The notes under the pieces: generated by a model
Told to the model about the DNA's origin: nothing
Database searches by the model: none
Seen by the model: the letters and a program-made list of their open reading frames with translations, nothing else
Shown here: in pieces, positions 35,023-45,100 of the stretch
Numbering within the stretch: the first letter of the stretch is position 1
Layout: every line of letters starts with the position of its first letter
Position numbers and translations under genes: made by a program
From: an uncultured Desulfobacterales bacterium
GTDB taxonomy: Bacteria; Desulfobacterota; DSM-4660; Desulfatiglandales; HGW-15
DNA: 64,000 nucleotides
Direction of reading: 5' to 3'
NCBI GenBank assembly: GCA_964450535.1
Contig: CAYVDE010000002.1
Span: 17,862 to 81,861 of the forward strand

Positions 35023-38000
35023 ATGGGAATTACACGCGTGTTTCTTCTTATCTCGATTATGGCGTCTTTTTCATGGGGCGGTGTCTGCCCGCTGGTCCGG
35101 GCAAATGTCGCTGCTCCGCCGGAGATCCTCTATCTGTCTTCGGGGTCAGGGGACATAGCATTGGATTTGGAGCCGACGGACACTGAAGGTTTTTTCTTCA
35201 CAGGATGTGAGGCTCTTACCACCGTCGAGGTGGACGGGAGGCAAGTCCCTCACAATATCACTTTGGACGGTGGCGATCGTGCCATTGCAACGGCCCCGTT
35301 TTCCGGCCTCGAGGACGGAAGGCACAAGGCCGCGGCCGAGAGTCCCTGGAGCGTGGAGCAGGGCCCTTCCAGAAGGGAAGTCCTTTTTGTTGTGGACACC
35401 GAGCCTCCGGAACTCGAACTGATCGAACCGGAAACCGGGGAGCTTCAACCTAACCAGACCACCTTTCTGGTCCGTTGCCGTGACACCGTGGCCGGGGTTT
35501 CCCCGGACCCTGGTGCTTCCGGGCTCTCAATCACAATCAACGATAACGAGACGGCATGGGAATTGACTGAGGCGGACGGGGACCTGTTCTTCCTGGTCTA
35601 CTGTGTCACTCCCCAGTGGGAGCCGGATCAGGTCGTCAGGCTGCACATGAGCCTGAAGGACCGGGCAGGGAACCTTGCCGACTTGAACCGTTCCTTCAAC
35701 GTCGAGGTCCACGAGGATGAGTGGGATCTCGAGACAGTCAACTGTGTGGAAGGGGACGGCAGGACAGAGGGATTGTATGTCCTTCGTCGCATCCCTTTCC
35801 CTCTCAGGACGTCCATTCACTGGATAGGTTTTGATGCCGCGAACAGATCGATGACCCTTCCCATGGAACTGTCCACCCTTCAGGGCCTTCCTCTGGATCC
35901 CGGCATCTACGATGCCCTTGAGATAGTCGGCAACCATCCTTGCCTTCATGTGGACCGGCTTCAGAGGGCTCCGTCCGGGTCAGCTGTAGATTTCCGTGTA
36001 AGCCAGGTTTCCATGCCTGAATACAATGATTGCTTGGGGTCAATCACGATTAAATACCCCGAGTCCGTGGTTTTCGACTACGAGCTGGGCTGCCCGGAGG
36101 GGGAGCCCGGGATCATAGGTTCAGTGATGACTGCGGAAGGGCCCATGAAGAGCTACAACGTCCCTGTATCCCTCTACGGGGAGGGGGGCGGCTATTCGGA
36201 CAAGGTCCTGTTTCAGGACGGTCACCTGGTTTATCAAATTACCCTGACAGACTCGGGCGGCCTGGACACGTCGAACTCCTGGTTTGAAATGGAAGGGACA
36301 CGCGAATGGCTCACCGAGGTGGCGCAGGGGGTCTACGAGGCCTCGGTGCCCGTGATCCGGGAGGGCCTTTATGTCTATACCACGAGGCTTGCCCTTTCAG
36401 GCCTGTCGGAGTGGGGAGACGTCCGGGAAGGGGAGGTGATAGATGGGGGACGCTCTCTGCTCAAGACCGGGGACTTCTTTCTGGAACTTGACCCTCCCCT
36501 GATCGACCACTTCCACTATGACCGGGAGAACGAGTGTTTCAGGGCCATGGTGTCAGACCAGGGGACCTCGCCCGAGGACCTGGTCATGGAGTTGGTCGTT
36601 TCGGGAATCGGCGGGCTGGATCCCGGTTTCGACCCTGCCGCAGGGACCGTGGAGGCCTCGTTCCCAATGCCGGCGGGTGTTCAAGCGGGGCTTCTCAAGG
36701 TCACGGACCTGGCCGGGCAGACCACCACTGCGGTCTGCCAGGCCTTCGGCACCACGCCGCCTTCGCTTCCACTGGAGGGACACCACACAGAGTATCCGGC
36801 CACGGTCAAGGAGGCCTCGAGATCGGGATCAGTGAGGCCTTCGGGCGATTCGAGCGGGCTCAAATCCAGGCAGTACCTGGGGCAGTACAAGGACGGCAAG
36901 CAGGCTGTCGTTGAATGCATCAAAACGGCGGTTCCCGTCACAAAGGAGCACCCCCTTACGATCTGCCTGAAAGCCGCCCATGCCCGTTTCGGGACCGTCA
37001 CTGCTCCCGGTAACGAGCAGGGGTCTTCCTTGAAGATGACCTCACCGCCTGCACCGGAACCAAATCCGGCGTTAGCCCTGGCTGAAAAAGAGTGCAGGGA
37101 CAAGTACCCGCCGGGAACCCGCCACACCTGGAAATACGAATACACGGAGGAGTGCCGGAAAATATGGGTCGATACCCTTCCTCCTCGGATTCGGGACGTT
37201 ACCTTTCTGCCGGCTGGAAGGCGGGTCACCGCTCTCATCGACGATCACGGCATGCCTCTTTCGGATCTCCGCATAGGCTATTACATCACGCAGGATCCTC
37301 ACATCAACCCCTACAGCCGTATTGGGAATGCCTTCACCTTTGATACCGTAACCGGCCTGTTTGTGGGCGAGGCATCCCTGCTGAACGAGACGGAGATTTT
37401 TAAGGTCGAGATCAAGGCCACGGACGCTGCAGGGAACTGGAGCAATAACTGGCTTGAAGTAACGGCCCCGGTCAGTCCTCCGGACGTGTCTCTGGAAATC
37501 CTCAGAAAGGGGCCCGTGGCCTTCCCCTGGGGTACCTGTTATGACCGTTCGGGCATTGATCACCGAAAGACAAGAGCCTGGTTGGACGGGCGGCGTATAA
37601 ACCCTGTGGGCCTGCGCTACGGGCAATGGGCGGCAGGGCCTTCTACGGATCAGGTGGAGTTCGGGCCTGTGACCGAAGAGGGCCCCCACATGGCCCTGCT
37701 GGATGTTACGGACTTCGCCGGTCTTTCCTCCGAGGCCTCCGCCGCATTTAGTGTGTCCATCCCCCCAAAGATCGAGAACTTCCGGCATCTCCCAACGACC
37801 CTTCAGAATGCCGGAGGTCCCGCCTTCTCAGCCTTTATTCATGATAGCGGCAAAGACCTGTACCTGGAGGGCATTGAACTGGCTGTGGACGGAGCCGCCG
37901 TGGATCGGGACCGCCTCTATTATGACCCCCGGACCGGATATTTTGCAGCGGACGGTCCTATGGACCTCTGTCCAGGCATGCACCTGGCCCGGTTGACTGC

Positions 38001-39150
38001 AAGGGACGCCCACGGAAACAGCGATGAGGCCTTTCTCAGTTTTGTTCCGGGCGAGCGCATCCATATCCATGGCAAGGACCGGGGCGACCTCTCAATAGAG
38101 GAGGTGACCCTCTGGGAACTCCAGGAACACAACGGCGACGGCAAGGCCAATCCCGGTGAGACGATTCGCCTTTTCGTCAGTTTGACCAATTATGGGGCCC
38201 GAAAGCTCACCGCCGTGTCCGGACGTCTTGAGTCCCATGAGCCGGGCATTGTAGTGGAGCGGGACGAGGCCTCTTTCGGGGACCTTGAACAGGGCCGGAC
38301 GCTCACCCCGATGCATGGTTTTGACATCCGTATCGACGAGGGCTTTCTTGAAACTACATTCACCGATCCTTATGAGGCCGGTTTCACACTTGAGGCCGTT
38401 GATGAGACCGGTAAGACCTGGCTGCTTGACTTCAGTGTGCCCGTGTACCGGGCCACACTTCCGTTTCTCGTGCAGCCGGCCTCCCCCTCCCGCGGGAAGA
38501 CCGACCCTGCCGATCCCGATAGCATCTTGATCAGCGAGGTCATTGTCACCCTCGACACACTGCCTCCCAACACGGAAGAAACGGCGATCGAGGTCGCGGG
38601 TAAGGCGGTGAGCACTGCTTCGCTCATAGATGAGGTGATGGTCCGGGTAAACGGGGCCATGCACGCGCCGGACTGGAACCCCGTGGACGGGTCCTTTGTC
38701 GTGACCGTAAATCTTGACCTGGGGGACAACCTGATTGAGGCCGAGGCCGTTGACCTGACAGGCGCCATGGGCATGGACATGGGCTTTGTCCATCGCACGG
38801 CGCCGTATGTCCCTCCGGATATCCGGATCACGGAACCGGCCGACGGGGCGGACCTTGAATTGGATCCGGGATTCCTTCTGGGGAACTTCGATCCGGGGAG
38901 TTCAGCCGTGGCGAATATCCAGGCATCAATGACCGCGGAAGGGGAGACCGTTTCCTTTCCCATCGGCTATTCCAGCAGCGAGGGCGCTTTCTGGGCCGGA
39001 GGCGGGGCGCCTGAAAACCTGATCGTGTACTTCCGCCCCAACTGGGGATTTCCCACGAGGACCACTATCGTGCTGACTGTGATTCTAACCACCACGGACG
39101 GAGACACGGTGGAGGATACGGTGACCTTCACCTTTTTCATTCCACACTGA
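35023..39150 (+). CDS. large secreted multi-Ig-like-domain protein (1375 aa)
   Basis: ATG 35023 follows an AGGAG RBS and gives a signal peptide (MGITRVFLLISIMASFSWGGVCPLVRA). Recurrent Ig-like module starts (VVDTEPPELELIEP, WVDTLPPRIRDV, SPPDVSLEIL, IPPKIENF, YVPPDIRITEP). CARDB-like module NGDGKANPGETIRLFVSLTNYG. Confidence 0.7.
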   Translation: MGITRVFLLISIMASFSWGGVCPLVRANVAAPPEILYLSSGSGDIALDLEPTDTEGFFFTGCEALTTVEVDGRQVPHNITLDGGDRAIATAPFSGLEDGRHKAAAESPWSVEQGPSRREVLFVVDTEPPELELIEPETGELQPNQTTFLVRCRDTVAGVSPDPGASGLSITINDNETAWELTEADGDLFFLVYCVTPQWEPDQVVRLHMSLKDRAGNLADLNRSFNVEVHEDEWDLETVNCVEGDGRTEGLYVLRRIPFPLRTSIHWIGFDAANRSMTLPMELSTLQGLPLDPGIYDALEIVGNHPCLHVDRLQRAPSGSAVDFRVSQVSMPEYNDCLGSITIKYPESVVFDYELGCPEGEPGIIGSVMTAEGPMKSYNVPVSLYGEGGGYSDKVLFQDGHLVYQITLTDSGGLDTSNSWFEMEGTREWLTEVAQGVYEASVPVIREGLYVYTTRLALSGLSEWGDVREGEVIDGGRSLLKTGDFFLELDPPLIDHFHYDRENECFRAMVSDQGTSPEDLVMELVVSGIGGLDPGFDPAAGTVEASFPMPAGVQAGLLKVTDLAGQTTTAVCQAFGTTPPSLPLEGHHTEYPATVKEASRSGSVRPSGDSSGLKSRQYLGQYKDGKQAVVECIKTAVPVTKEHPLTICLKAAHARFGTVTAPGNEQGSSLKMTSPPAPEPNPALALAEKECRDKYPPGTRHTWKYEYTEECRKIWVDTLPPRIRDVTFLPAGRRVTALIDDHGMPLSDLRIGYYITQDPHINPYSRIGNAFTFDTVTGLFVGEASLLNETEIFKVEIKATDAAGNWSNNWLEVTAPVSPPDVSLEILRKGPVAFPWGTCYDRSGIDHRKTRAWLDGRRINPVGLRYGQWAAGPSTDQVEFGPVTEEGPHMALLDVTDFAGLSSEASAAFSVSIPPKIENFRHLPTTLQNAGGPAFSAFIHDSGKDLYLEGIELAVDGAAVDRDRLYYDPRTGYFAADGPMDLCPGMHLARLTARDAHGNSDEAFLSFVPGERIHIHGKDRGDLSIEEVTLWELQEHNGDGKANPGETIRLFVSLTNYGARKLTAVSGRLESHEPGIVVERDEASFGDLEQGRTLTPMHGFDIRIDEGFLETTFTDPYEAGFTLEAVDETGKTWLLDFSVPVYRATLPFLVQPASPSRGKTDPADPDSILISEVIVTLDTLPPNTEETAIEVAGKAVSTASLIDEVMVRVNGAMHAPDWNPVDGSFVVTVNLDLGDNLIEAEAVDLTGAMGMDMGFVHRTAPYVPPDIRITEPADGADLELDPGFLLGNFDPGSSAVANIQASMTAEGETVSFPIGYSSSEGAFWAGGGAPENLIVYFRPNWGFPTRTTIVLTVILTTTDGDTVEDTVTFTFFIPH

Positions 39151-39156
39151 ATTCGG

Positions 39157-40962
39157 ATGTCAAAAATGATTCGCAATCTCAACCTAATGCTTTTTGTAGC
39201 CGGCCTGATCGCAATGAGCCTCCCTTCATTATGTGCAGCCCAGAGCGGTCTTAGAATTCCTTATTCCGACGCAGGGGTTTTCGATCCCAATGAGGGACCG
39301 ATAAGGTTTGATTACAGGCTGTTAAAGGACGCGAGGGAGGTGGAGATACTGGTCATTGATTTTCGGGGTCAGGTCGTCGAGCGCCTGGCTTTTGTGGAAC
39401 TCACGGCCGGAGACCATGCCTTTGAATGGAGCGGCCGGGATGAGAACAACGAGAACCTGCCCAAAGGCGGATACCGTTTCGAGTTCAGGGTTACGTTCGA
39501 GGACGGGCTCGAGGAAGAAGGCGCCATGGAGGTGCGCATCGCCGCAAAGCCGGAAAAAAGGGTGATGCCTCCGCCCGACCTTTTGCCCCGGGAAGAGCCC
39601 TATCATCTAATCGACGGGTCGATCTCCACATACTGGAGGAGAAATTCAGAGGATCCGGAAGAGGTTCAAAGGATGAACGAGCAGCGCGTGTGGACGAGAC
39701 TTCGTTTGAGAGGAGAAGGCCACAGGGCTGAAGGCGTGTTTTCCATGCGCAGGCCGCATGGCGGATCGCCGACCTATGAGGGAAGCAGTGCCATGGCGGA
39801 GAAGAACTGGGAGGATGGAAGGTTGAGGGGAGTGTTCCGGCAGGGCCTTGGAAACTTCGATGACCCAATGAAACTGTTCAGCGATTTCCGCACCGAACGG
39901 AAAAAGACGGGAGTGCGCGTGGATCATGACTTCGGCCGGGCCGAAGTCAGCCTGCTCGGATTTGCCGCAGAGGGAAATATAGACGGCAATGAGCAGGGAG
40001 GAGCGTTCCGCCTGGGGCTCGAGGGGCCTTGGAAAACCAGGGCGGGGATCACCTTGACCGGGAGAAGGTCCTTGCCGGAGGAAGGCGACTCCCGTACGCG
40101 AGAGCGGGCAGGGGCAATGGACCTGGCAGTACCGCTTCACGAGACCACGGAACTGCAGTTTCAAGCTGTGGCTACGCGGGATTCAAGTGGAGTCGGGGAC
40201 ACCGGAAGCCTCGTGCGGATTGAGCACGACAGCGGAAACCTTCGGGCGTCCGCAGGCTACTATGACCTTGGCGAGGGCTTCTCCGCCCCGTTTTCCGATC
40301 CCATCAGGCGCGTGAGTTCGGACGCACGCGGCGTGGTGGCGGGGGTGGATGTTCTTCACCCGAAGACCCTCTGGGCCTTCTCGTCCGTGGCTTGCTCATT
40401 TCGCGGGTTTTCCCTCAAGCGCTGGAGCAGCGGGGAGAGTCTTCGTGAAGGAGACGCCTCCCTTCGGCTGCGCCTGGCCAAGTCCGACAGCATACTCTTT
40501 CGCTGGCTGGGACGAGAAGAGGGTGAGCAAAGGACGAACACGCTTATGGGAACCGGACGGCATGCGTGGAACGACACATGGTCAAGCTCCCTTCAGATCA
40601 ACACCACCAGTTCGGCATTTTCCAAGACCTGGCGCTGGCGGGTGGATACCTCATATCAGAAGGACGGACGCCTGTTTCGGGTCGCACTAGAGCGCGTCCG
40701 TCGAGTCATCGAGACCTCTTCGGATTCCCCCTACATCGAGACGGGCCTTCAGTTGGATGGGAACATGGAACCCTTCAGCGCCCAGATCTCCGCCCGGAAG
40801 AACAGAAGGGGAAACGAATCCGGTGTGAATCTGTTCGGAAGGGTGTCGTTCGAACCTGAACTCCTTCACCGCTACAGGGTGAACACATACTTGGCCCTTG
40901 GAAACCGGGCGGCCTTCAAGACCGAGAAGCAAATTGAGATGGGCCTGGAGATGAAATTTTGA
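39157..40962 (+). CDS. putative outer membrane beta-barrel protein with N-terminal FlgD-Ig-like domain
   Basis: Signal peptide (LMLFVAGLIAMSLPSLCAAQ). FlgD_ig-like segment EVEILVIDFRGQVVERL...AGDHAFEWSGRDENNENLPKGGYRFEF. About 450 aa of alternating-polarity strands end in GLEMKF. Starts 6 nt after the previous stop. Confidence 0.55.
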   Translation: MSKMIRNLNLMLFVAGLIAMSLPSLCAAQSGLRIPYSDAGVFDPNEGPIRFDYRLLKDAREVEILVIDFRGQVVERLAFVELTAGDHAFEWSGRDENNENLPKGGYRFEFRVTFEDGLEEEGAMEVRIAAKPEKRVMPPPDLLPREEPYHLIDGSISTYWRRNSEDPEEVQRMNEQRVWTRLRLRGEGHRAEGVFSMRRPHGGSPTYEGSSAMAEKNWEDGRLRGVFRQGLGNFDDPMKLFSDFRTERKKTGVRVDHDFGRAEVSLLGFAAEGNIDGNEQGGAFRLGLEGPWKTRAGITLTGRRSLPEEGDSRTRERAGAMDLAVPLHETTELQFQAVATRDSSGVGDTGSLVRIEHDSGNLRASAGYYDLGEGFSAPFSDPIRRVSSDARGVVAGVDVLHPKTLWAFSSVACSFRGFSLKRWSSGESLREGDASLRLRLAKSDSILFRWLGREEGEQRTNTLMGTGRHAWNDTWSSSLQINTTSSAFSKTWRWRVDTSYQKDGRLFRVALERVRRVIETSSDSPYIETGLQLDGNMEPFSAQISARKNRRGNESGVNLFGRVSFEPELLHRYRVNTYLALGNRAAFKTEKQIEMGLEMKF

Positions 40963-41060
40963 GGTCCTGTTTGTTGTGGAAGCCAAAAGCCCCGGACCCT
41001 TGTCGCACTTGGGCCTGCCAGGACGTAGTGGGGTCAGGCCGCACACAGAAAGGAACAGCC

Positions 41061-42077
41061 ATGGGAAACAGTCGCAGACTCCTGATCAGGACATTAACGA
41101 CTCTGTTCGTTTGCCTTTTTATGGGCTTTGGATGCGCGGCCCTCAGGACCGAGTTCTATCGGGGAGAGACCGCTCACCTTCTCAAAAAGGGAAACCGCTA
41201 TTATCGGAGCGGAGAGTACAAAGAGGCCCGGGCCCGCTACGAGGATGTGGTGAGGCTGGACCCCGGGTCTGCGCGGGCCCATGCCGGGCTGGGGAACATC
41301 GCGTATGTGCGGGGGGAATTCGCCACGGCCGCCGGCCTCTACCTGCAGGCCGTAACCCTTGATCCTTCGCTCGAAAAGGCACTGATGCCCCTGTACCTGG
41401 AAGCAAAGCGCCATCACGAGGCCGAGGAACTCAGAAGTCTCGGAGCGGACCTCGATCACGTGATCGAGCTTCTGACAACAGGCAGGGAGGATGATGTGGA
41501 GGCCCTGTTTGAAAAAGGCATGTCGCCCTCCAGGCTTGCCGGGCGGGCCGGATACCTCTCATCTTCAGACCAGGATCGTCTTTTGAATCTTGCAGGTGAA
41601 AAGGCCGCGGCGGGCAATGTTCCGATCATGTGCGCCCTGTTCTACGGGCACCTCCTTGCATGGGACGATCACCGGGCCTTTCACGCCGCTCGCCTTCTCA
41701 AGTCGGCCGCAGTAACGATGGAGGGACTTGAACGGCAGGAGGCGTATATGGCGCTTGGGGCGATTTACGTCCGTCTAGGCCGGGAGAACGACGCTGCCGG
41801 GGCTTATGAGCAGGCGCTCCTGGCAGGCAGCCCAGGGGAGGACGTGCTTCCGTATTTGGCTGCGCTTTACGGTGTTCCTGTGGACGCTTTTGGTGAGGTC
41901 AAAGAAATGATGATCGAATCCGCCGGGGTTGAAGACCGGTCGATTGAGACACAGACCAGCGGACGAATCTCAGGCAGCCTCAGATCATCCCCCAACCCCG
42001 GCCGGAGCGCCATGGCAGTGACCCATCACGAAGGTCCTGACCGCGGCCGGGCAGTGGAGGTGCTTCCGGTCGAATAA
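41061..42077 (+). CDS. TPR-repeat lipoprotein
   Basis: ATG 41061. Lipobox LFMGFG-C. TPR-type repeats (YYRSGEYKEARARYEDVVRLDPGSARAHAGLGNIAYVRGEFATAAGLYLQAVTLDP). Confidence 0.65.
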   Translation: MGNSRRLLIRTLTTLFVCLFMGFGCAALRTEFYRGETAHLLKKGNRYYRSGEYKEARARYEDVVRLDPGSARAHAGLGNIAYVRGEFATAAGLYLQAVTLDPSLEKALMPLYLEAKRHHEAEELRSLGADLDHVIELLTTGREDDVEALFEKGMSPSRLAGRAGYLSSSDQDRLLNLAGEKAAAGNVPIMCALFYGHLLAWDDHRAFHAARLLKSAAVTMEGLERQEAYMALGAIYVRLGRENDAAGAYEQALLAGSPGEDVLPYLAALYGVPVDAFGEVKEMMIESAGVEDRSIETQTSGRISGSLRSSPNPGRSAMAVTHHEGPDRGRAVEVLPVE

Positions 42078-42115
42078 TATAGGAACACCCTATTCTTTCA
42101 GGAGTGATAATTCCG

Positions 42116-45100
42116 ATGAAAAGAAGCTGCTTACTCATAGCGTCAGTGTTTGTGGTTTTCCTCGCCTCTCACCTGCCTGCCCGGACCATCCACCTGGGGA
42201 CCATCAAGGTCCCCACCTACAAGGTGACCGGTATCACACCCCAGTTCACGGAAGACGGCTCCCTCATGCTCACAGCCCAAGTCAACATGCCTGTTACGCC
42301 TCCCCTCAGGATCATATGGCGTTTCAAGGGGGATGACAGGGGCTATGCCTTTTTGTCCGACGAGGGGGAGTCCGTTTTACTTTCCATCGGAGAGCAGGAG
42401 GCCGGGGTGATAGTGGAGGCCTGCCTTGCCGAGGGTGAGCGCTCGGGCGGGTGCCGCTCCATCACCCTTACCGCTGCATTGCTGGACCAGGTGCAGGACG
42501 AGGCCGCGTGGAAAGACCTTCTCGTGCCCGACTTCACCGAGCCCGACTTCATATGCCAGGTCATGGAAGACGACCGGTACCAGTTCATCTTCTATGAAGT
42601 GGCCTCCCGTGTGCACACGGTTACAGGTGAGTACCTGAGGGAGAAAGAGGACCTGGCCGTGAAGGTGCCGGGAGGCATGCTCTCCATCAAACGCCAATAC
42701 CGGTCAGGCACCTGGACCTGGGACCACGAGCGGCACGATTTGACCCTCAAGCGGGGGCCGGAAGGAAATATCGACTCAATAATTAAAGGTGCCACCCAGT
42801 ACCGGGCGGTTCCTGATGATGAGGGAGTGTTTACAGACGGCATATACCACATCCACAAGACAGATGAAGGTTTCCTTTGGGAGAGCAGGCACGGCCAGTG
42901 GAAGCGGTATAACCTTGAAGGCCGGCTAACCGCCTATGGTGACCGAAACGGTGTCACAGGCCGCATCCTGTTTCAGAAAGGAAGACCCTTCTGTATTTCG
43001 GATCGGAACAACCAGGGGGTCCTATGGTTCGAGTATGACGATTCAGGTCTTCTTCGCACGGCCTATGACCAGAACAATCGCGGCGTGACATACCGCTACA
43101 GGCAAGGCTGCCTCAGTGCCGTCACCGATGTCCTTGGAAACGAGACCAGGTTCTCATACGACGAAAAGGGCAGGCTTGCAGAGGTAATCGAGCCTGAAGG
43201 TGCAAGGACTCGAATCACCTACGATCAGCTGGGCCGGGTGGTATCCATACAGAAACAAGGCAGAGAGGCGGAACCCGAGTCCGCTGCAGGACACACCTTC
43301 ACCTGGGCCTACGACCGTGACCTGTCCCTATACTATGTGGGCATAGACGACCCGTCAGGAAAACTCACCGAGATCTGGTCCAACAAAGAGGGCCAGGCTC
43401 GAAGGGTGGACATAAACGGCCGCACGGTCCACAAAACAGTAGAAAAGGACAACACCCTGGAGGTCACCGACTCACGAGGCCTCACCACCCGCAAGACCTT
43501 TGATGACAGAAGAAACCTCCTTGAAGTCATCCACCCGGACGGATCAAGAATCAAGAGGGAGTACGAGCCCCGGTTCAACAGAAAAACAAAGGAGATAAAC
43601 GAGAACAACGTTATCACTCTTTTCTCCTATGACGACAAAGGCAACCTGGTACAAAAGACAGAGGCCTCGGGCACCTCTGATGAGCGCAAAACCCAGTACA
43701 CCTATGACCCGGACGGAAACCTCCTGAGCATACGCCAACCCGGTAACCAGCATACCAGAGAAGCCGTCACCCGCTACGCCTACGACGCCTTTGGAAACCG
43801 TATCAAAGAGACCGATCCCGAGGGAAACACCACTGAGTACATGCACAATGCCCTTGGAAAAGTAATCACCAGGACCGATGCAAGAGGCAAGCGGTGGAAC
43901 TACGCCTACGACCGGGCCGGCAGGCTCGAGACCACGACGGATCCTTTGGGCTTTGTCACCAAATACTTCTATGATGCGGCGGGCAACAAGGTCCGGGAGG
44001 TCGATCCAAATGGCAGGGTGCAGCTCTTTGCCTACGACTGGGAAGGCAACCTGATCAGGGTCACGGATGCGGCAGGCAAGGAGACCTTGTTCGAGTACAA
44101 CGCGGATAACAGGCTTGTCAGGCAGATCGATCCCGAGGGCAGGTCCATTCGTTACGAATACGACACCGAGGGCAGGCTCATCAAGACCATTGACGGGAGC
44201 GGCAACGAGATCGTGACGGCGTATGAAGAGACGACCATTCCAGGGTGCCCGTCCTGCTCTGGCGGGAGTGATGCGCAGCCTTCGCACATAATATATCCCA
44301 CATTTGAAAAGGCCTTCACCTACGACCTGAGAGGCCGCAAGATCATAGAGAAAGACGTCCTGAGCGAGACAGAGGAGTATGAGACCCTGTTCAACTATGA
44401 CGACCTGGGCAATCTGATCGCAAAGACCGACAAGGAAGGCAGGACCACGACCCACAAGTACGACTCATTGAACAGGGTCACCAGGGTTGTGGATCCTCTG
44501 AACCAGGAGACCCAGTACTACTATGACAACCGCAACAACCTGATCCGCCTCACCGACGCCAAGGGCCAGGCCACGCAGTTTGAGTATGACCTGAACAACA
44601 GGCTCATTAAGGAGATCAGGCCCATGGGCCAGGAGACCTCATACTCATATGACGGTGAGGGCAATCTCATAGAGAAGCTCGATGCCAAGGGTCAGAAGAC
44701 CGAGTACGGGTACGATGATGCGGGCAGGTTAGCTGGGATCCGATACTACAATACAACTGAGCAATCAACACCGGTCAAGACCGTGACCTTTGCCTATGAC
44801 GAGGCTGGCAACCTGATATCCTACAATGACGGCTCCACATCGGGCTCATACACATATGACGCCGCTTACAGAAAGACCTCTGAAACGGTGGATTACGGCT
44901 CATTCTCCAAATCCATTAGTTACACCTACCATGGCAACGGTCTCAAAAAGACATACACGGACCCGGAGGGCGTGACCTATGCCTACGTCTACAACGCCAA
45001 CAACCAGCTCGCAGAGGTCCGGATACCGGGGCAGGGCTCCATCACCCATACGTCCTACAACTGGACCAGGCCTGAGGCCATAACCCTACCGGGCGGATCC

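Noticed and set aside
42116-43100. Search for PAAR, VgrG-interaction, LXG or TcB-like domain at the Rhs N-terminus
   Set aside because: Only a Sec-type signal peptide and unassigned sequence could be recognised by eye. The absence needs profile-search confirmation and is treated as a hypothesis in the findings.
43544-44455. 303-aa minus-strand ORF inside the Rhs gene
   Set aside because: It is antisense to the YD-repeat region, and the repeat periodicity generates long open antisense frames. No independent signals.
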